In this document: piece after piece, positions 22,351-33,365 of the stretch | How the letters are laid out: every line of letters starts with the position of its first letter | Position numbering within the stretch: the first letter of the stretch is position 1 | Source: Lama guanicoe | Lineage: Eukaryota | Length of the DNA: 64,000 nucleotides | NCBI GenBank assembly: GCA_013239625.1 | Contig: MU056303.1 | Coordinates: forward strand, 9,108,049-9,172,048 | Direction of reading: 5' to 3' | Notes under the pieces: model-generated | What the model was told of the DNA's origin: nothing | Database searches by the model: none | What the model saw: the letters and a program-made list of their open reading frames with translations, nothing else | Made by a program: the position numbers and the translations under genes

Positions 22351-23786
22351 TGGGACTATCTTTCTTAAATCCTCAGGGACTTTGCAGGAAAGGTTCTGCT
22401 CTGAAGGGTGAGGTTCTAGTTTCAGGTCTTCCATCAACCCACACAGAACCTGGCAGACAACTTCCTGTCTGAACTGCAATTTCCTCCTTTCTCAAAAGAT
22501 GCAGATACACTATTGTCTCTCAAGGTCCACGCCAGCATGTTGTATCAATCTGCCAGTGAACGTCCCTTACAAAGGACACACACCAAGACTGCACTGGCAC
22601 CCTCGGGAGGATATGGAAACACCTCTCTCTGCGATGCGAGGCAAGGCTGTTCCGTGGCACAAGTCAAGTTCAACGTTTTGCTTGGATGGCGGACTTGGGG
22701 AGACTGTCTGCCAACCTAACGGGATGGGGTCAGCGGTTCATGGCGACTCCCAGGACTTTGGGGATGTTGGGAGCTTTTTTGTTGGTTTTTACACCTAATA
22801 AAAAGCAATTTCCTCTTTTCAAAAGGCACTTTTTTTTTCTGTTTTGGAAGATTAGACGGTTTGGGGTTTTGTTTCATTTTTGTTTTTAAAATTAAAAGGA
22901 CATCATCTTTCAAGGCTGAAGATACTGGTAACAGAAAGGACAAGTCTATTAGCCCAGGTCACACAGCAAGACAAGCACAGAACAAGGGGTAAAGCCCACT
23001 GCCTCTGGATGGGCCTCATCCCTCGGCAGGAAATCATTCTTGGATAAAAACTCTCGCCAAATGGTCCATGATGAATGAGTGTTAATAAGCCCCAAACATG
23101 GATTTCATATCCCTTTGAACACACGAAGGAAAGGGAACTTGGTAGAGTAGATTTTGGCCCAATCTAGCACATAAATAATGCCAATTGAGACACACCCCTG
23201 AACCAACCTGGGGGACGGTGCCTCTCTGGCACTTTCTGGGAGCAGAGCAATTTTCCTTTTTCTGGAAAGGGGATTAGGGGCAGGTATGCAGGGTGAGTGG
23301 TAACACAGTGGCAAGTTCCCCTTCCTTAAAAGCCACATGCTATCTCTGGACTAGAACAGCTCAGATGCTGCGCTACGTCCTTGCTGTGTTCTTATTGCCC
23401 ATCACAGGGCCCCTAAAGAAACATTTGTACGCCACCAGGCCAGCCTGGAAAGGAAAGAAGGAAAGCTGCGGCAGTCCCACCCCCTGGCCTGGCAACAGGA
23501 GTAACTCCCAGGTGTGTTTAAAGGCCAAGCTGCTTAAGCCACTTCCTTCTCTGTCACCCCAAGTAACTGCTTGCCATCCAGTCGAGTATAGTTTTCAGAG
23601 GTTGGAGGGACAGCCAAACTGACCCCGCTGTCCCCCAGGGGCCCTGACAGTATCCCCCAAAGTTTCACAACAGCAGAAGCTCAGGGATCAGGGCTCCTCC
23701 TTTCCCCAAATGTCCCCCTTATGTTGCACAAAAGGAAAAGACCCTATATTGTACCACCCTTGATGATTTAAAACTGCTTCCTCAAA

Positions 23787-24526
23787 AAGAGAGCCCTTCT
23801 ACATTGTCGGTGGGAATGCAGTTTGGTGCAGCCACTGGGGACAACAGGATAGGGATTCCTTAAGAAACCGAAAAGAGACTTACCCTCTGATCCAGCAATC
23901 CCACTCTTGGGCACATATCCAGAAGGAACCCTCCTACAGAATGACACCTGCACCCCAATGTTCATAGCCGCACTATTTGCAGTAGCCAAAACATGGAAGC
24001 AACTTAAATATCCATCAACAGATGACTGGATAAAGAAGTTGTGGTATATTTATACAATGGAATACTACTCAGCCATAATGAAGAATAAAACAATGCCGTT
24101 TGCAGCAACATGGAAGGACCTGGAGATTGTCATACTGAGTGAAGTAAGCCAGAAAGAGAAAGAAAAATACCATATGATATCACTTATATGTGGAATTTTT
24201 AAAAATGACAGAAATGAACTTATTTACAAAATAGAAACAGACTTACAGACATAGAAAACAAACTTATGGTTACCTGGGAAGAAAGGGGGCAGGAGTGGAG
24301 GGATATACTAGGAGTTCGAGACTCGCAGATACTAACTACTATATATAAAATAGGTAAACAACAAGTTCCTACTGTCTAGCACAGGGAACTGCATTCAATA
24401 GCTTGTAATTGCCTAGAATGAAAAGGAATATGGATATATACGTATAACTGAATCACTATGCTGTACACCACAAACTAACACAACATTGCAAACCAACTAT
24501 ACTCCAACAAAAATAAAGAAATAAAT
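23787..24526 (+). mobile_element. Young L1, 5'-truncated (ORF2 C-terminus + 3' UTR)
   Basis: [43 protein letters not shown] is the L1 ORF2 C-terminus; A-rich tail; TSD aaactg(c/t)ttcctcaaa 23771-23786 / 24527-24542. Confidence 0.95.
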
Positions 24527-25479
24527 AAACTGTTTCCTCAAACATCCAGTATCTTATCGGATCTTTACAACAAAACTTGGGTTGGGGAAGGGGTAGGTGG
24601 GGGGCAGTGGGGGTGGACAAAGATTATCGTTCTTGTTTTAAGACAGTGAACCTGCAGCTCATAAAATTTTCAGCAGCCAGCCAGGCTCACTCTGTGTTCC
24701 CTGAAGCTCACAGGCACCGAGGGTCAGGGCAAGAACTTGAGCTGAGATGTTCTAGTTCCAAGTCCAAGTTCTTCTGCTTTTTGTGTGGCATCTACGTCGC
24801 TCCTTGGTTGGGTGTCATCAGCCTGGCTTTCCCCTGCTGAGTGGCCTAGGACCCCGATGTCTAAACCTGCCCACAAGTTCCATAAACAGGGGCCATATTT
24901 CTCATGTGAGGGAGAGGGCTGCCTGGAAATGATTAGGAGAGCAAAGGAAACTGAAGTCAGAACAATCCTGACCCCAGGTCACATCAAGCGCTGGGACAGG
25001 AGGATGTTCTGGCTGCTAATGACTCAACACTGGTGGGAGGCTAATATCCAGCCCACCTACTGGATCATCCAGGCTGTGGGGGACCATTTATTTGACCAGG
25101 AGAAATGCAGGCTCTTTGTCAGTGGTCAGATGCACCAGGACTCTCATGGTCAACAGTCTGTTTTCCCAGGTCTCTGTGCTATCAACACCGGATCCCAGGA
25201 CTTGATTGGTGACAACTGTCTAAGAAGCTCCCACAGGCCTTGGAGCTCCCCTCCCCTACAAAGGTCCACTGGCCTCAATAGGAAAGAGTCACGGAGCTGG
25301 CACAGGTACACAGACACCCACCAGAGGAAAAACAGGCAACTCTGCCAACTGACAGTTATCTGAACTCTGGTTATCGGACAACACCCAGAAAGTTACAAAG
25401 CAAGCTAGAGTGGAAAGACACAAGAATGCTTCTTTTTGCAAGAAGCTGTAAGGCTCACAAGGACACACACACACAGGTG

Positions 25480-25645
25480 ACATCTCACCAGATCCCACAA
25501 CCCCTCTGGAGAGCGGGAATGGCTATCCCCATTCTAGAGACAAGGAAATGCGTTCCAGAAAGACGGATTTGCTCCTGGTTCCAGCGCTGGCTGGGAGTAG
25601 AACCACAGTTAGAACCTGAGTCTCTTAACTCTCCCTTCAGGCCAC
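25480..25645 (-). mobile_element. MIR fragment
   Basis: tatccccattctagagacaaggaaa...ttagaacctgagtctc. Confidence 0.65.
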
Positions 25646-25849
25646 CTGCTCTTTTTCCCCCATTCACCTGTCCATTCAAGGATAAGGTGCGGGACCCACC
25701 AAAGCGCGGGGCTGGCCTCAGGAACCCTGCTCCAATACGAGGCCATGTCCCTTCTGATTGGTGATGCCTGGACATAAGGAGAGGGGACAAAAATCATCAT
25801 CATCATCCTCACCACCTTATAAATCAGAAAGATGAAGGGAAGAAGCAGC

Positions 25850-26010
25850 TCTTAGCCAAATCGCAGCACAGCGAGGTAGCTGCTAAGTTGTTGTCCTGAC
25901 ACGAAACCCTGGGTCATAGAGTCATTTCCACGAAACCACAAAAGCTTTTCTTTAAACATGTCACTTCCCCGGTTCAGAAACACTTGGCTACCCCCTATTT
26001 CCTGTTTTGT
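25850..26010. promoter_or_regulatory. Candidate haematopoietic/endothelial enhancer
   Basis: RUNX AAACCACA 25933-25940, PU.1-like CACTTCCCC 25962-25970, FOX:ETS-like ATTTCCTGTTTT 25997-26008. Confidence 0.45.
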
Positions 26011-26824
26011 TTTGTTTTGGTTTTAGCTTCTCTGCTTGCCTCTCAGGGGCCTCCTCAGCCTCTCCCCCGCGGGGCCCAGACAGAGCCCTCCCTGTTGCCA
26101 GGCCACCTCCCACACAGGCCCCCCTCGGTCCCATCTCCAAGCCTCGCTCGCGTCCTTCCCGGACCTGCAGTGTCCTCCCAAACCCTTCAAGGCGAAGTTC
26201 ATACCCATTCTCTCCAAGAAGCTTCACCCTGCCTCTCCGGTGCCCCCTGAAGGCTCTGTCCTTTGAGTTCCTACAACACCTACAGTTTGGAGAATATAAG
26301 TTTACACCGCTTTGTAGTCTTATTCATCATTTCATGCCTGTTGGTGGTTCCTTCTCAGTTACCCAAAAAGGACAAGAATCCATCCTCAGCCTTCTCCTTG
26401 ACCCCCAGAGCACCACGGGAAGGCTTATAACCTACAAGTGGAACAGCAATGGCTTGTCCGCTGAAACAGCGCCCACACGGATTGTCACCGCTCCGCGGGG
26501 GGCCCTGGCTGGAGGGCTTCCACCCGTCTCTCTGAGACCCGTTGTGGAAAACACACTCCACATCTGAGAGCGTATTCATGCCGGTGGCTAATGCCACTCC
26601 AACCCCACAAACTGCTAGAAGGTCCAAAAACCTACTTTTAAAAACCCAGTGGTTACCGAAACCACCAGCTCTGCAGATGGTCTTGGCTTATAGTAGAATA
26701 AATTCATTGTGAAATCGGCCTGGAGGAGAAAAGCTAAGGCCTGCCTTTTCTGTTCCTGATGAAAGGATTAGCACCTCGTTCCCTCCTCGCCACCAAGGAG
26801 AGGGGAGGGGGCAGGGAGGGCTGA

Positions 26825-26900
26825 CTCTTTCTCTTTCTTTCTTCCTTTCTTTCTTCCTCTCTTCCTTCCTTCCTTCCTTCCTTCCTTCCTACCTTTCTTA
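26825..26900. repeat. (CTTT/CCTT)n low-complexity microsatellite
   Basis: ttccttccttccttccttcc run. Confidence 0.9.
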
Positions 26901-27229
26901 ATCCATGGAGCCTCAAAAGAGGAGGAGTCTCCTGTGTAGACGAGAAGGTGAGACCAGAGGTTGTCCATGTGCCTTCTCTTTGAAAAAGGCTTGTGCTTAG
27001 GTTTAGCAAGTCTACAACCCCGTCCGAGACAATGAAAAGGATGTCTGACCGGATTCAGCAGAAGCTGATGGTCTCAAAATGTCAAACAAGAATAAGGGCC
27101 CACCTTTAAGACATCAAATCATCGGGGGAAAGTAGGGGGGTTGCTGAGAACAGCAGGAGGGAAACAGCCACATTCTGAGTGTCTCTTTAGAAATGGAGAA
27201 AGGCACCAGGAGGGACCCGCGTGCTGGGG

Positions 27230-27375
27230 TGAGCTGCACCAGCATCGTCTGAGAAACCTGCCGAAAGTCCAGCAGGATGGGGCCCATCCCAGGGCTTCTG
27301 ACTCGACAGGCCTGAAGGGACGCCCAGAAATCTGCATTTTCAACAAACTCCCCAGAACACCGTGCTTGGAGAAAT
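27230..27375. mobile_element. MER5-type hAT-Charlie remnant
   Basis: gggcccatcccagggcttctgactc...cccagaaatctgcattttcaacaaactcccca. Confidence 0.7.
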
Positions 27376-27458
27376 ACCATAATACAAGAGGGAAAAATAG
27401 AGAGACAGGGAGGCTTACTGTTGCAGAAAATACTAGACTAATCAGAGAATTGGGAATG

Positions 27459-27551
27459 GCAGCCACATGGATGGGCCTGGAGATGGTCATACCAAGTGAA
27501 GTAAGCCAGACAGAGAAAGAAAAATACCATAGGATGTCACGGACCTGCGGA
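27459..27551 (+). mobile_element. Isolated internal L1 ORF2-end fragment
   Basis: AATWMGLEMVIPSEVSQTEKEKYHRMS; homologous to 24102-24194 and 54568-54660; no 3' UTR, poly-A or TSD seen. Confidence 0.9.
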
Positions 27552-28249
27552 GAGGCGGATAATCCCCATATTCACATACATACAGAAACGATCTTCGGCA
27601 CGACCACGCCTACAGGAAGCACACCTTCCTAATCTAGGGTGGTTTACGTATGGGGTCTGTCCGGCTTGGCTGGGACCCACGCTGTGCTGGTTGCTGAATG
27701 TTGCGCACATCACCACTGCACTGGTACATTCAAAGCAGCTGAGTATCAGCCAGAATAGACCTTGAAAATAGTTAAGAGCCTTGTATTTGTAAGTGACAGA
27801 TACACACATGTGCAGAGCGGAAGGTGTTACGTACAAATGAAACTGTCAGGAAGCTGTTTAAAGGGTCACAGGAGCTTTTGTCTGTCTCTATCCTTGCTTC
27901 CACTGAAATATTTGGTGACTTACGAAAAGCAAGAGAAAGGAACAGAGGCCACGATGTTTCTGTCTAAAAAGCAGGAGTAAATCTCTTGCTCCGTCGTCCG
28001 TGTTTGAAGTAAATCCAGCCATGGTGTCCCGGCTGCCCCACTCACCAAGGAATCAAAAATCTCTCTGTGACTTGCCTCACAACCTGGGCCCCCCTGGGGT
28101 GATGGAGCTGTCCTAGTGCCTGGCCCCGTCTCTCCCTCCTTTACTTAGGCCTCCACCCACCCTGCTCTTCTGCCCCGGCTTTGATCTGACCCTCCCTTAA
28201 TCACTATGGGTCTGGTTATCTAAACATCACTAGGCTTTGGAGAAATTAC

Positions 28250-28760
28250 ACTACAGAAGCCAGAGAGATAAATAAACTCTGATCTTAGACCTCAGCTAGA
28301 TCAAGCTTATTAGTCCCCTGGGGATGTTTATCTTGGAGAAGTGCAACTTCAGATCTGGGTTCATTATTTGGGGAAGCTGCCAAATCAGTCCATGGTAAGG
28401 CCACGGAGAAAAGGGCACGTGGGGACGGTGCTAATCCGGGGCTCAGGTTGAACAGAACCCAGAAATAGCATCTCACTCGCCTGAGTTCTGGTCCGTCCAG
28501 TTGAGAAATGAGTCAAAACCTGTCTGATAAGACACTAAATTATCACCCTGATTACTGATATTTCTGATAAACGTGATAGGAGAGGATGGGACTTATATAT
28601 GGAACAAATGGGCTTCTTGGTCCTAGATCCCAGAATGACCCAGGTTTGACCAGCCAGTCACAGAAAGAGACTCCCGCAGACTGTCCCCAATAGCATGTGG
28701 TGGGGGTGGGGCAGACTGCACTTCCTGTGGGCAGCCCCGTCTCGAGAGGAAAGAGAGAAG
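28250..28760. promoter_or_regulatory. Candidate erythroid/megakaryocytic enhancer (GATA array)
   Basis: TGAGTCA 28509-28515; WGATAR at 28525, 28540 (reverse), 28565 and 28574, variants at 28549 and 28556; RUNX TGTGGT 28696-28701, KLF GGGGTGGGG 28703-28711, ETS CACTTCCTGT 28719-28728. Confidence 0.6.
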
Positions 28761-29109
28761 AAGGCTTGGGCTGTGGTGCCCAATTTCTCCTTCCAGTCAC
28801 ACCAGTCAAATTAAGTCCCTTGAGGACAAGACTATTAGGCTGGTGGGGCTCTCAGCTCATGGAAGGAAACATCTGGAGGAGGGGAAACACGTTACTTTCC
28901 AACACAAAATACAATAGATATGACCAACACAAATGTAGCCTCAGCAATCCAATAGGATTCAGTTAAAAGTCTGAACTATAGACTAATTTGAAAAGACATG
29001 TAATTTTGTGAATTTCATGCAACTCAAACTAAGCCTTTAAAGTATCATTTAATAATAATCATATTGTTTAGTAAAGCTCACATGATACAGTGGTGGCCTG
29101 TGGTTGGTA

Positions 29110-29408
29110 AGGCCATATGATCAGTCCTCACCATTGATTTGTGGGCAGAAGATGTGTTATTTTGGGTCTGAGCAGTCAGCCTCCAGGGCGTGGACACTCA
29201 GAGCACACTTTCCACCCTGTCGCGGTTACCAGAGATGTTCCAGTTCGTGAGTGCTCTGAGGAAGGATGACAACAGTGTGGGTGCAGGGTCTCGAATAGCC
29301 CTGCCACGGACATGTAGCATGAGTTAGAAACAAATATCTTGGTTGATATTTGATCAAAATTTGGAGATGTTTATTACCACATCATTACCATGCCTATCAA
29401 GACAGTAC
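29110..29408 (+). mobile_element. MLT1 (I/J-like) LTR
   Basis: ggacatgtagcatgagttagaaacaaa...ttggagatgtttattaccaca...cctatc...taca. Confidence 0.75.
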
Positions 29409-30269
29409 AACATGCTGCAAACATGAACAGAAAAAAGACTGGAAGGAAATGTTAATACTGACTGCCTCTCCGAGGAAGGGTCTTAAAGTCTTTCATTTCT
29501 ACCTCTTTAAGTTTTTTTGTCCTTCCAAGTTTGTTTTATTGAGTTTTTTTTTAATTCATGATTTAAAAAATTCAAACAAAAAACAGATGCTTTGAAACCA
29601 CCTGCTTTACCAAGATGGAGTGCAATGCTCTAAAAGAATTTTATCACTTGTTTCTATGCAAACCACATGTCATGATACTAGTTGGAATCTCAATTTTAAA
29701 ACATTCTTATTTAAATTCAGCTCAAAATTTTGCTCTCTGTCACACATAAAAGGAAAAACCTTCCAAAAAACTTCCTGACTGAGATGCCTTATAAAATGTT
29801 TTGGTTGCTAAGGAATGTGAAAGCTCTTTAACTGGTTAAGCATAAACGGCCAAAATTTTCCCATCAATTCCCAACCTAAAAAAGAATTCAGAGACGTTTT
29901 AACTGTTCCTTTTAAAAAGTCACCACGGAATCTACATTTCGAAAGAATAAAATGGCATGAAGTGTGTGCTTCTCATCATCTAAGATTTTCTGACCGCTGT
30001 TCTCTTCCTCCTCGCCTGTGATACGGACAAGGAGAGGGAGGAGGAGGAAGAGAGCTCTTTGGAGGAGCAGGAACTACAATTATTGGGCAGTTCCTCTAAG
30101 AGCAGACTGTTCACAAAGCTGGTGACCAGGGTTGTCAGGAAGATCTTGACAAGGTCACATCACTAGTAAAAGGTAGTTTGCTGAAAATCTCCTACTGAGC
30201 AGTGTACACTTATCTTTCTAACTCAGAAAGAGTGTCGGATCTTCAACGCTGCTTGGAAATTCCTTTTTA

Positions 30270-30529
30270 AAAATTTTTTTTCATCGAGATATAACATTGC
30301 TTTAGGGTTAGGTGTACAACACAATGATTTGATATATGTATACAATGCAAAATAATCACAATAAATTTAGTTAATATCCATCACCACAGTTACTTTTTTT
30401 TTTTTTTTTGGTGATGAGAACTTTTAAGATCCACCTTCTTAGTGACTTCCAAATGCATCATTAGTGCTGTTAACTATAGCCACCATGCTGCAGATTACCC
30501 CCAGCACTTGCTCATCTTATCACCTGAAG
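30270..30529 (-). mobile_element. L1MA-type 3' end
   Basis: ggtgtacaacacaatgatttgatatatgtata...gtgatgagaacttttaagatc...ttaactatagccaccatgctg; TSD-like ggaaattcctttttaaaa / ggcaattctttttaaaa. Confidence 0.85.
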
Positions 30530-30779
30530 GCAATTCTTTTTAAAATTCAGTTAGTTCTCTCCCTCAGATTCTCTGCAGTCTCTCAGACTCACTCCACCCT
30601 CTCATACCTTGGATCCTACCATTCCTTCCTAAATGGTGAAAGCTTTTGCTTCCAAGAGAAGATAATCAGGTGGGGTTGCAGAGTAGTGTTCGCACAGCAG
30701 GTTATAAAAAGTCTATTGGAGAAAAGCTTTGGTGAGGAAGTGCCGAATCATGTTTGGTGAATAAGAGCAATTGAGCTTA

Positions 30780-31010
30780 TTGTGGGTTAGAAACACAAGA
30801 AGACTTAGAGCCATAGCCACCTGGATTCAAGTTCTGGCCCTAGAACTATCTAGACCCATAACCTTGAGCAAGTTAGTACGCCGCACTGGGTCTCCTATCT
30901 ATAAAAGCAACACTACTTGCCATATTGACAGACTGCGACGATTAAACGCAGTAACGCATACAAAATGCTTAGTGCCTGGAACACAGTGTTTAATGTAAGT
31001 TACCTGCTGT
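30780..31010 (+). mobile_element. MIR SINE
   Basis: cctggattcaagttctggcc...accttgagcaagtta...tgcttagtgcctggaacacagt. Confidence 0.8.
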
Positions 31011-33365
31011 TACAGTTTGCAAGCTGCTCCATTACATAACTTTTAAGTACAGGAGTCAGTAAAACACCATCTGCAAACAGAGTTATTGCTATGTCGAATA
31101 CTTTTGACCTTTTAAAGTTTTTTTTTTAAAGGAAAAGGTGAGTTTGCCATTTTCTTAAATACTTCCATGTCCTTCTGCTTGAATTCTCTAACTACGTCTG
31201 AGATAGCACCACTTCTGGGTAACAGAATCCAAAACTAGTGTTTCCCTTCCTTCCTTCCTTCCTTTTGTTCTTTTGTTTACATGGTGAAAAACAGTACACT
31301 TCTTTAAAGATGAAAAATGATATCCCGAAGTACCAAAGTGAAAGCACGTCTCCAAGGTGCCTGCGTGGGCTGGCGAGCAATTCCTCTTGCTCAGATATCT
31401 TAAGCATTTCTTTTTCAGTCTCCTTCATACTATTTATCCCGATTCTCCATGAAGAATAGATTTTCTAAGAAACCATTGCAGCAGTCTGGCCCCCTTTAAA
31501 TATCAAAACTTTCCAATGATTCAGGCAGAGTTAACTAGCTTTGACTAATGATACCAGTGGTACTCATACCATTCATGTCAACACTTTTTTTCTTGAGCAC
31601 TTGGGTTATCAAGGCAGACAGCCTGACCCCAGGGAAGATTTATGAATTGTTGGTCTTCCTAAAATATAGGTCCTTTTAGTTAGCTTACGTAGAGTGCACT
31701 CAGACAGATGATTTAAGGAGCCCATTATTACTCGGCAGATAAAAGGGTAAGTTGCCATGGGATAAGGCAAGGGGAGAGAGAGGTAGGTAGTCTTGGAACA
31801 CGGAACATGCCAATTTATGATGACCCTGCTTGAGCAAGGAGGCTTGCAAGTTACAGGCACCAACCAGGATAGAGCGACGTTGTGTTGCTGGAAGTAAGCT
31901 TTCCTGCCTCAAAACTAGACACCCATGATCATTCAAGAGCATTCTCCTTGCAGCCTCATCTTCTTCTCTCCCACCTGGAACTTTAAAGAGCAACAGAGCT
32001 GTGCTACAGGGATTCCCCACTAAAGACCATTACCAGTGGTATTTTCACTTAGATCATGTGATAATCTACCAGATGACTTTGGTTTGGCTCACCAGGTGTG
32101 TTTCAGAAATGATGTCCTCAACAGTCCATCACAGACTCTGGGCAGCACACAACAGCACGGCTGCATGGTGCTAACCGGACGCAGCCAAAAGCAAAGACTC
32201 CTGATCCTTTTTTCAGCCTGGGTAGCTCTATCACAAGTAAATTATGATTTCCAGGAGTTACTTTTAAATATTGGAAAGATCTCATGAATCCCCAAGCATC
32301 TTAGAGCCCATGCTAAATTCCATTTTCTAGTCTAAGTCTGTCACTGTGTGGATGAGCTAATTTACCCAAGGTCACACAGCTGGTAAGAAAGCCAGGTTTC
32401 ACCCTCCTCATCTGGTGCTCACTCTGCTCCATCCACAAGGGAAAGAATGGACGCTCAGACAAACTACCAAGCTGAAGAAGCAGTCGATTTCAAATGGATT
32501 CACCTAGGTCTCGCAGCATTCGTCAACCGACCCTTGGGCATTTTGGATAGCAATATAATCCTAGAGAAATAGACCTTAATGCAGGCTTGCCCAGAGCTAT
32601 GCCAGCAAATTCTGCGGAAACAGATCTTCGTACATCTCACCTTCAACTGGCCTGACCCCTCTCAGGGACAGTGGACTTCAGAACTCTGCTTTGTGGTTCT
32701 TAAACCTAACACAGCATGTTGGCCATGGTGCCTACGAATGTCCTAACAACTCCCAGCCACCCTACATTCTCCTTGCTCTTGACCCCGTTGCAACCTTCCT
32801 CAAAGGACTGATGCTCCAACTCCCAGCCGAGGCTGCAGGAAGCAGTTAGTCCAATCCAAAATAATTTTATAGCAGCTCATTAACCCTTCCATGTCAGTTC
32901 AGGGGAATCTGAACTCACCCAAAGTGAGATTTGGGGTTGGGGAAGGAAGTAATCCCTATTTCAGCTTCATAACTTCCATCCTTTATACAAATTTTTAAAG
33001 CTGAGCCCCAGACTCCTCAGCATAAAGATTAATATAGAAAGAAGATGCAAATTTATATGTGGGGAGTTCTTTTTGTCAGGGGAGGGGCATACTTTCTGTA
33101 TCTATATAGGTTTTTTCTTTGGGTTTTTTTTTTTTTTTTGTAAGAAATGGGAAGAGAGAGAGGGGTGCAGAGAGGAAATAGGGGAAGGGCCTTGATGGAG
33201 CCCAGAAACATAAACACGGACAGTTTTTGCCTTAAGATAAGCAGGAACTAACTTGCATGATGCTTGTAAACAGTGACCCAGGCAGGGGTCAGTTTGTGTC
33301 TGTGATTATGATTAAATGAGGTGTCAATTTTGGCCTCACTCTGCATATTGAAAAGTGATTCTTTA

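Noticed and set aside
23907-24254. ORF with clear protein homology
   Set aside because: It is the C-terminus of L1 ORF2 in a 5'-truncated copy, not a host gene
24785-25363. 192-aa ORF, the longest gap-free ORF in the track
   Set aside because: GTG start, no recognisable homology and no exon signals
26007-26567. 186-aa Pro/Ser-rich ORF
   Set aside because: Starts in a (GTTTT)n tract, runs through a probable L2 remnant and reflects GC-rich composition
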